A DNA stretch of 61,766 bases, the filler included, from Choristocarpus tenellus KU-1152 (taxonomy: Eukaryota > Protista > Phaeophyceae): assembly GCA_964200185.2 (NCBI GenBank). It is 12 parts of 12 records of this genome, joined end to end, with 100 filler letters (N's around TTAATTAATTAA, not from the genome) between each part and the next. Parts side by side here need not be neighbours in the genome. Positions count along the whole stretch, not along the records: positions 45,634 to 59,120 come from CAXNAD020001474.1; positions 59,221 to 61,766 come from CAXNAD020026881.1; 10 more parts are not named here. One strand, written 5' to 3'. The translations under genes were made by a program, and so were the position numbers. The notes under the pieces are model-generated. The model was given only the letters and a program-made list of their open reading frames with translations, searched no databases and was not told the origin of the DNA. This document shows, one piece after another, positions 52,201 through 61,766 of the stretch. Within the stretch, counting starts at the first letter, position 1. Every line of letters begins with the position of its first letter.

Positions 52201-55200
52201 AACAAAAAATGATAAAATAAAAAATCTTCCCATTTCTAGTTTTGATTGATCGTGATTATTTCGAATGTAAGATTCACGATGCTAGATTTGACCCATCTTA
52301 TAAGGCGTGCTTTTTGTAATCTCTTGCGACCCCTCTGATCGTACTAATCAGTTTATCATGCACTTGATGGTGAGTTTTTTCTAGTAGACATTCTTGTTGA
52401 TTGTGATTGCATGGTCACTCTACAAATTATTTTGCACCCTATTTGCTTCCCTCCCCCGAACTGATGGATATTTGGTGTGTCACGTTCTCAACGTTTGTGC
52501 TATTTTTGTTTGTATGTAAAGAACATCTTTATCATGCTTGCCTGAAAAGAGTTCAAGATGTATTTATTGTTACATTTATTTTTTTGCAAGTGGTTCAGGC
52601 GTACAGTCCCTACAGTTTGGGTGCACCTTCAGCCAACGTCTCCATTACCTTGAACTTCAAGGAGTCACAGTTGACAGTTTAATCATCTAAAGAAGTTTTT
52701 TCAACCGACTTTGATTGAAATGTTGATGCACGAGACAAGCCATGTAAAGGGTTCAGAACGTTGAGTTTTCATAGTCTTGAAAGGTGGAAGGCCCCCCCGC
52801 TTGGTGAAGGGCCTTTGTTGAGGTCTGAGATTTTAACTTTGCTATGTTAAAAACATTATTTTGGCCTTGCCAGAAGCTCATCTCCTGGTATGTGTGACTG
52901 TAGGGATTGACTGTGAAGATAGATGTATTCATTATTGATTGTTGCGTTTGGTTTGACTCTTTTTTTTAACATAAAAGTTATCGGAATGTCACCAGAGCAG
53001 AGAGGGTATAGGGGTACAAGAGAATATTGATAACAAATACAAATATACCTGCCCTCCGTCTCAAACGCCTCTGTTACTTTTTCAAACCGGTGCACCCCCC
53101 CCTCCTTTTTTTTGTTGAATACTGACACCAGGACCTTAGTGCCTTGTCATACACTTCTATCGTGGGCGTGGCTGGTACTGCTTACACAGCTGTAGTAATG
53201 GCCATCCGATTCTTTGATGGCAGGTAGATGAACCTTACCACTCCTCTCCCCTCTTCCCCCTCCCCTTTTCCATGTTGCCCACATTTGAGTTCCTCTGTGG
53301 GGTTTGGATGAGTTATTTGTGTTCTGGGGCCTGAGGTCATCTGCGTGTCAAGGTTGGGGGTGATTGAGAGTAGAGCAGGCTAAGGGGTATTCAATGTTCA
53401 TGTGTAGTGTTAGGGTTAGGGTGGTGGTGCAGCCCATGTGTGTGTTCTGTCCTGATATATGTCTTTGCTCCAATGATGAGGTGTTTGTTCCTCTGTCTCC
53501 ATCTGTTTCTGAGTTTATTTGCTGCTTGGTTTTTTCAGTATTACTACGAGGCTTTTGTATCATGACTTGCTGTTTTGTGTCCGATTTGAGCAAGTATTTC
53601 AATAGTTTATTTCTACGGCAATTCACTGAGTTGTTGATTTCCACTGGTACATTGTGTGGTTAACCTTTATGCTGTTTTACTTAGTCAAGTCATTGGTGGG
53701 GTATTTCTTGTATTGGAGAGGAAATCGATACTGTTCTGTTGCTGGTTGCCTTGTATTACTCTGCAGTGTTTAGCCAACTTTCCTGATCACTCCATCCCCA
53801 TTATTGAAGGGCATTGATTACCCCTCATCATCAGTCACCCTGAACTGAACACCCCTCAGGGCTCAACCTTGCCTCCTTCATGAAAGTATAGTTTTGATTG
53901 TAGGTAGAACCTAATTGTGTACTAACCACGCCTGCTCTACACTCGCCACTACAAACCCATTCCAATCACCTCCGAACTTGCCCTTACCGAAAAAACAAAC
54001 TGATGCTTCCCCCCCCCCCCCTCAAGTACTTCCCCCCTATCAACCTCTGCTTCAATACTCCCCCCCTACTTCCCCTCCTCATTCCCCTTACTTTTGATTC
54101 ACGACCAGCTACGCTGCTGGAGGGAAGTTCCTCCCAATGATAGCCGAGAGTTCGCAGCCTCTCTTCAAGGGTTCGGGTGCCCTCAACCCCATGGTGTTCC
54201 TGCTTGTGTCCATGCTCTCCACTGCGTTTGTGGCACACTTCAACGCCCCCAAGTTCTACCATGACCTCAAGGACCGGAACGTTCCTAGGTGAGTGAAACT
54301 TGGTGTTTTGGTGCATACCGGGGGGATTGTAGGTTAATACTGTGCATTTGTGGAACCCTGGAGCCCACAGTATAAGAAATGTAATGTAGGACGCCTTTAC
54401 CAAGGTGTTGGACAACCATTGTGTGTTTTGGTGCTGGGGTTGGGCGCTCGCTGGCTTGTGCAGAAGATGTATTAGCTGTTCCGTTGGGGCGGGTCTGGCT
54501 GTCTGTGAGTGTAGGGACGGAGGAAACAGAAAACTTTGACCTTTTTTCCAGGGAGGTGGTTGAGTGTGTAGGTAACATCTGTTGACGAGTTTTTGACTTA
54601 TTGGGTATATGACAAAATACCACGCAGAGGAGGGTGGAAATATTTCTGTAAGATTGAGAAATCTTTGTGTGAGGGGTGGAGGCAGTATCGCTGTTGATGC
54701 TTGCCTTGGTGTTTAAAAATGTTTAGAAAGTGTGTGCAGTGTTTTTTTAGCGTCAGGTTGCTCTCAGTGCATCTAGTTCGTAATTGAGTGTTGATTATGT
54801 GAAGGGTCCTGTAACTACCTGTATGCGAGCATCGATGGCGGTGTTCTTTGGTCTACTTTGGATGATTGTGGGAAGGCGTTGTTTGTTGGAGTTGATGCAG
54901 AGAGGCAAGAGCTGATGAAGTTAGGGTAAGGTACCATCATCACCTTGTCTTACCACGTGACCTGCGTTGACCGAAGCCGTCTTTTTTCTTCCCATCTTAT
55001 TTTTTTATTATTTTGATTTGCTATTCGACCACTGGCCAATCATGTTTGACAACAGGTTCAACATGGTTGTAGGCTCTTCTTTCTTTGCAGCAATCTTGCT
55101 GGTGGTTGTGATGACGCTCTTCCCATTCCTAACCTTTGGTGGAAATGCCCAAGGGTTCATCCTCAACAACTATGCCACAGCGGTGAGACATCGTTTTGAT

Positions 55201-58200
55201 TTTTTTGAACAGGTTTTGTTTTTGCTCCGGTTGTTTGTTGAGTGTGCTTTGTGCTTGTGATGATCTGTGTTGTGGTTGAGTGTCTTCGACGTTCTCCACT
55301 CTATGTATGGTGGGGAGATGCCCTTTAATACAAGAAATATCTGGAACATTCTGTGGGTAGTCTGGGCTTTTCTGGTTGTCCTGTTTTGTGTTGATGTTCA
55401 GGTTTTTGATTGCTAGGAAGGGTTTTTTATATCAGGTTTGTTCATGATCTGTTGCGTCATTTGTCCTGCTTTGTTGGTGAATTGACTCGACTTTTGCATA
55501 CCCCCATCCAAACCTTTGTGTTGTAGACCATGGCTTTAGGGCTTTGAATACTGGACATGATGCCACTCTGAGGATTTTGGGTCATACCATGTCATTGCTC
55601 CTGCCCTTTCTCGCATGTAGTGATTGCACTGTTTAGAAAAATTATTGCTCTATTTCTTTCCTGACTTCGTGGTTTTTGATTGGTGTATGGATGGGTGTCA
55701 TGGGTGTGTATAGAGGAGTTAGATCTATGTAATTTAGTCAACAAGCTTTGTATCTGCAGATTGGACTGACCTTGTAATCTCTGTATACATGGTGACTTGG
55801 CCTTTTCTTGAGTTATTTAACATGCAACACATGGACTGTTGTTCTCGGATATGGATACTCTAGGATTTTTTGAGTACTGAACACTTGAAACTCATAGTTT
55901 GTCAGTGATCGTTGTATATATCTTAAACTTACCCAAACGCCAAGTTAGTAGTAAATGATGGTTCTCTCAAGAAGAATTATTTTTACAGGTAAATAACTCA
56001 TTCTGATGGTGATACTTGAATAGTCTAGGGCTACACGTTTTGCTGTCTTCAATATATATATATAATGAGAAGAGATGGAGGGAGGGAAGGATTGATCCAC
56101 TGCAAATGTCTGTGACTCCTTATTAAAACAAGCTTCTGCTTTGTGATTTTGGTAGTTGGTGAAGACTTCGAAGGCAATTTTTTTTAACCAAGCAATTGTT
56201 CGTCAGACTAAAGTGATATTGAACCGGGTCAATCTTGAGCCAAGCTAGTGAGACCCTCTGCAGTAGTTCCCAACCTTGATACACAGCCTTTTTTATCTGT
56301 ATGATGATTTTGTTGCTCAAGGTGCAGAGTCCCTGTCTGTCTGTCTGTCTGCTTGTCCCTCTTTGTCACTGCTATGGTGCATGTCGAGGAAGCTTGGATC
56401 ATCCACTGTTCCTTGCTATGCCAAAGACAGTCATATGTGTTCCCCTTCAGTCAGTCTGTAGCTAACCCTCATGAACGAGATATGGTTGCATTTAGGACTG
56501 GAGCTTAACATTTCGGTCTGACAACGGTGCTGTGACTCTGGACAAGCTTTCTTTCTCAATCCATGTCTGAATAGGGTGTTGCTTGTGCAATGCTTCGATG
56601 AAATGTTATTAATTAATTATTTCTTGACTGCATCAGACTCTCTCTCCCCTCCCCTCTCTTCATGTTTGTAAAGGACAAGCTGGCAACCCTCTGCCGGGTT
56701 GCCATTGCCGCATCTATCCTGGGTGGTTATCCTCTGGTGTTCATGCCCGCCAAGGTGGGAGCGATGGGATTGCTTGGGTTCAAGGTGAGAATGCCAGCCA
56801 GAGACAGAGGCAGGTTTTATGTGTGTTGAAAATTTTGTACCTGTGGCCCTTGATACTATGGATGAGTGGGTCTTTCTTTTGCTGTCTTTGAGGTTCTATA
56901 TTCTATTTTTCCCCTACTTTTATTGTGTTTGTGCTTTTGTCGTGTTCTTCTATTTTTTCCTTTTTATTGAATCTCTTGTTCTTACTAGCTTCAATCTCTC
57001 TTGTATTGCCTTTCTCTTCGTGAGTATGAGGATCATACCATTAGTCAAAGAATTGTGCATTTAATGTTCAATTTATCAAATCGAGTCTGTTGACTCGTAG
57101 TCTAATATCGGCAATCAGGGTCGAAGTATCCACTTGTGGGTTGAAGCTGAGTTTTATGCCCGTCTTTAACTCTCAGTCAGTTCAAAGCTGTGGATTGTAT
57201 TTTGTCTGTTTTCTGGGTACACTCAGTTTGCAGAATCAAGTTGGATTTACTGATGCCCTGTTTTCAAATGTCTCCACTTTACACAAACAGGTTTGAAATA
57301 GATTATTTGTATGTCCAGTGGAATCTCCCCCTCTCAGTTGCTATCACTCTCAAGAATGCATTATTTGAAATTGCTTCAAATTGCAACACAAGGCTAGCTG
57401 GCAATATATTAATGACCCAAGTACTTGTGAATTGGTAACTCTGGTATACACTATTGCGGTATCCAAGTTTTGAGAACGTGTGGTGGTTTCTCGTGTGTCT
57501 CTTTGTATCAATGCCTTACAAACCTGATTTCAAATTGTTCCTCTTTTGCAGTTCAAATTTGTAGGTTCCGATCTACAGTTGCTTATCCAGAATAGAAGTA
57601 CACGTGCCTGAACTTTACACAAGTGCATTCCTTCTTTCAAGTATGAATTAACCTTGTCCATGACCTCGTTCCCCTCCACCTTCCCAAACCATGGCATGTA
57701 GAATCCCACAGACAGGCAGATGAAGATTGGTTCCACTGTGCTATTGACTATGTTTACAGCTGTTGGTGTGGTTCTCCGTGACCTGGGCTTTGTAGTGAGC
57801 TTTGGTGGAGCGGTGCTTGGGTCGGCACTAGTGTTCATCTACCCCACTCTGATGTGGATCAGCAAGTGCAAGGCAGATGCCAAGAAGGGCATTGCCCTCA
57901 AGGTCAGTTGGTGGAGTTGTATGTGTACGTTAGTGCTGGATGAGTTTTTCAAGGATCAAGGCTGTGTTAGTCGAAGTTGTGCTTTATTTCCAGATGGTTG
58001 TCTAGGACTTGTTCTCTCCTTGGTATGTAATGCATGTGATTTTGTATAGGATTGCATCCACTCCGTGTGTGTGGATTGTTCAGTGGGGTCCAAAAACTAG
58101 TCAAGTACAAGGTGGACCAGGGCTTTACTCCTGAGAGATGAACAGATGAAAGCACTTTCTCTATTGGAGATGTCAGGATTATGGTCAAAGTTCTTAAATG

Positions 58201-58964
58201 AGAAGCCTCCACATTTTTTTCTCTCTGTTAGATGAACCATTTTGTCCATTAGTGTTCAAGAATAGATGTAGACATGTTCAGGGATCAGTGTTGGACTGTG
58301 ATTTGGAACATCTGCTCAAATGGGAACCACGAGCTACTTTTATTTTTTTATTGCAGTAGCGTAGTTCATGATGCATTGGTAGAGTCATGAATGCAAAATT
58401 CGAATTTGAATGCGTAGGGTTGAAGTCTTCAAGAAATACAGATCTTTGGCGATTTTTTTTTTTCAACAGTTTGATTTGATGGTGCATTTTGTACATGGTT
58501 ACCAATTGTTTTTTGCATGTCTGCAAAGTATGTAGGTTAATCTGCCAAACCATGCAGTGTAACGTTCTACTAATAATCTGTTTGGGGACGTTACTTGATG
58601 TAATGCTTTTTGTTGACAGATGTGTTAGCACAGTGTGAGGAGTATTTATTTTCAGAAGGTATACAAACACACAGGGCAAATTTTGCTGGTTTAAGTCTGG
58701 AACTCAAGCATTGGTTTGATGTGCATATAGCTCGAAATCATCTCTTGAGTTTCGCCTTTTTGAGCAATTGAGGAATGTTTGATACCATGTTGTACTGACT
58801 CTTCCTTAACCCAATGAGTACCCCACACCCTCTTAATCCCTTTTGTCGGATAGGGCTGGCGCCGTGCAGAGATTGGAGTGAACTACGCCATTGCTGCATT
58901 GGGGGTGGTGCTGGGGGTGCTTGGTGGATCACTCAGTATCCTCAAGACCTTTGTCTGGGCATGA
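46858..58964 (+). CDS. Transmembrane amino-acid transporter (Aa_trans/AAAP family), nearly complete
   Basis: In-phase exons 47865-48040 (FNLIKNVVGAGILAIP), 48656-48804, 49099-49214 (LLPLCLLK), 53132-53223 (DLSALSYTS), 54109-54288 (AFVAHFNAPKFY), 55056-55182 (FLTFG...ILNNY), 56674-56784 (GYPLVF), 57702-57902 (FIYP), 58854-58964 (stop); probable upstream exon ~46858-47003; start uncertain. Confidence 0.93.
49679..51411 (-). mobile_element. Near full-length decayed plant-type (DD39D-like) mariner in a transporter intron
   Basis: TA-flanked imperfect TIRs (caccctttgt...aagtctgcaacgttaagg / cctaacgttgcagactt...gagggag); minus-strand relics LDETWF, KVQHKSHIPKVMF, AQRNS, PAQSSDLN, LERVWQSL. Confidence 0.88.
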
Positions 58965-59499
58965 GCCTTTCGATGTCATGTCTTATCAATGCACTTGAGT
59001 AGTAAACAATCCCCTGTTGTGTTCCTATTGTATTGTTTTTCTGACTCAAGGAGGAGATAGTCATCGAACCAATGATCGTCCTCCCCTTCCCCTCGGTTCA
59101 CCATTTGATTTCCTGGGGATNNNNNNNNNNNNNNNNNNNNNNNNNNNNNNNNNNNNNNNNNNNNTTAATTAATTAANNNNNNNNNNNNNNNNNNNNNNNN
59201 NNNNNNNNNNNNNNNNNNNNCACCTTCGACGCCATAAGAGCCCCTGAATGAAGAGAAGGCGGGAGCGAGCGTGTGGGTCCGGCATGCGTCAAACTTGACA
59301 GTGATATCACACAAGTAGTTATCGTTGGGATTCATGAAATCGCATACCACTAACATTATAATAGTACAACGAGTGTGGAACGCAAAGCAAATAACAAATG
59401 CAAAAATGCAAACAATAGGAAATTCTGTAATAGAAGGAAATATGGCAAAAATAATGTAGTGAAGACAAGTAACACCAGCATGTAATTCACGGACAATGA

Positions 59500-61690
59500 A
59501 ACAAAGAACTACGAAGGACCCGGGGGAAAGAGCAAGAGACACAAAATGAAATAGAACGTACGAAGAAGATGAAACAACATGGGGAAAGTGAAAAAGAAAG
59601 ACACACGACATAATCCGCATCTCCTGAACGGCCGTACAATATCCGATGGACACACGGGTGGACTGATAACGGCCATAGCGGATTGCAATAGTCTCCCGCA
59701 ATACACCCCGTATTTCAGCACTGGCGAACTCTGCAACTTACCGTGTAGGCGGTGTGCTTGCGCGGCCCACGGGTGGGGCACAAATAGCGCGATGATGCCC
59801 TGAGGATGTATCTTCACCTGCAAGCACTTAACCACCTGGCGCAAGTGTGTGTTGGTTGCCTCTTCATCATTGACGAGTCTTGGCTCGACGGCAATGGACA
59901 CTATGGTGAGCTTTGGTGCGTTGCAGAAGGCGAACTCTTTCAGGCTGTCTAAGGGTAGTGTCGGGTCGAGAGGGCGAAGGTCGTGTAGTGCAGTGTTCTC
60001 AGTCCTGGTTGGACATCATGACACACGACACAGTACAGAGACAACACGACAAGAAAGACAGCGTCGTAAGCAATGGTCCAGGCAATCGTATCATTAAGTG
60101 AGGTCCTGAAAATATTTCCCCGGCATCCCCAAAATGTCAAGCCGTACCCTCCACAATGCCAGACCCATCAGATACATCCCATGGAAGGAGGGCAGACGTC
60201 AAAACATTAAATTCCATGGCCCATGGAAACCTCCAAAAAAATGTCACATCGAACACACAAAGGACGAGCAATCCACAAGATGTACAAGCAGCCAAGACCC
60301 ATGCGCAAACCAATGCAAAACTGAACACGCAGAGACGACTTGTATGTCCGTATAATGTGCAACCAAGCCGAGACCCACATGCACTTCTCCATGTCCGCCG
60401 TTTCGCTGCGTGAGGTGGGACGTAAAAGGCTTTGCCTGCTGGGTGACCCGCCCGCGCTCCTTGCGTGACCCTTACCCTTGCCCTTGCCCGTGCCCCGACC
60501 TGGCGCTTTGTTCCCCACCGATCCAGCCCCTTCACTGCTCTCCTGTGCCTTGGGGCAATTGATACATAATCGATTCTTGTGCCTCTCGTCGCCCACAATC
60601 TCCGCGTAGGCACATTCGCCCATGTGCGTGATGGAGCAGTTTGGGCATGAATACCTGTCGCGTGTGGTATCGAACGAGAGCGTCAAACAGACAGGATAGT
60701 ATTTTTCCAAATCATGAATTGGGCGCAACAACGAAATGCGGGGATCCACGGCTACGAAGGACCACGAAATTGGCGGCGCAAAACAATACGAAGTAGTACA
60801 GGTGAGATGCAACAGTCGGTGATGTACATGCATTAACACACAATCGGGCTGTGGCAAATAAAGAGACGTGGGGGTAGTGACCGCAGTGCCACACACAGAG
60901 GGACCCCGCAAGATCCACTGGTTCAATGGCGTGCACCGCTGAAGCAAGACAACCTAGTTAGCCGTTTGGGTGATTGGATGAAAACCAATTTTAAGCCATT
61001 AATTACCCGCCATCCCCGTGTGCACCATTACAACTACATTACTCACCGAGACGTAGGTGGAGGATTGCATTCCGTACAGCAAACGCCCACGTTCCACCCT
61101 CCATGGCCATTTTGTTCTTCTTCCGCACCATGAACGCATTCGACAGAACCCCCTTCGCCCGTATCCTCCCTGTCTGGCAGTCCGTCCCCTCCCTCGTCTT
61201 CGTCCCCTCCTTTGTGTTCGCACCCTCCCTCGTATTCTTTCTCACGACCATCTGATGCCGATCCGTTGTTGCTCTCGACATCTGTGCCACCGCCATCACC
61301 GCCCCGCCCACTGTGAACCTGGTGGAAGTTGGCCTGGTTGAGGACATCCTGGTATTTCCCATCCCAGGTGGTGAGGTAAGCACGTAGAGTCGAGTCCTTC
61401 TCGAGAATCTGGTGGTGGACATGGCGGAGAATGTTGTTGAGGAGAGGAGGGGACGATGGTGACGTCAAAAACAGGAGAGTGTAATGGAAGAACGATAGCA
61501 TGTCAATCGAACAGAGCAAACAATACGGTTGACGTGGTAAACATGTTTGATGGAGGCGGCTTGTGGGGCGAAATAGTTTGAAAGAAGTCAATGTCGAGGA
61601 TGCCAGCCCGTCTGTAGGTTACGACAGTGACACGTGTTGGAGGCGGAAACGAGGTGGAGATTGACCAAGATCTTGCCTAGAGTTGAAGGC
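59500..61690 (-). other. CpG-rich exon-like segments of an unidentified gene or transposon cargo with a Cys/His finger
   Basis: AG/GT-bounded segments encode an acidic Gly-rich tract and YSCPNCSITHMGEC...LCINC; frames do not join cleanly. Confidence 0.35.
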
Positions 61691-61766
61691 AACGGTTGGC
61701 TATTCCTCCTATTAGCAACGAAAGCCGAGATCGGACAAAAGAGCATCGTTTGTTGTAGGGAAGGCA

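Overview
Eukaryotic, intron-rich, repeat-rich draft sequence made of 12 contigs joined by eleven 100-nt N linkers containing TTAATTAATTAA. Plastid-type bipartite presequences, GT-AG introns and CCCTAA runs suggest a photosynthetic stramenopile (inference). Host genes reconstructed by hand: the 3' end of a malic enzyme, a complete 3-exon plastid-type 2Fe-2S ferredoxin, a partial Derlin-like gene, the 5' end of a WHEP-domain aminoacyl-tRNA synthetase, a nearly complete Aa_trans amino-acid transporter, and exons of one or two unknown genes. The rest is transposon debris: Gypsy, Copia, a CRE-like non-LTR element, two plant-type mariners, a decayed Sola2-like transposase, and many MITEs. Most notable: two MITE families with unrelated internal sequence share a bipartite end design (AAAGTATCT - spacer - GTCCATTTGGG). 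The spacer is 16 bp at one end and 26 bp at the other, a one-helical-turn asymmetry recalling the RAG 12/23 rule, and a candidate cognate transposase relic lies in the same window. All family assignments come from recalled motifs, not from database searches.
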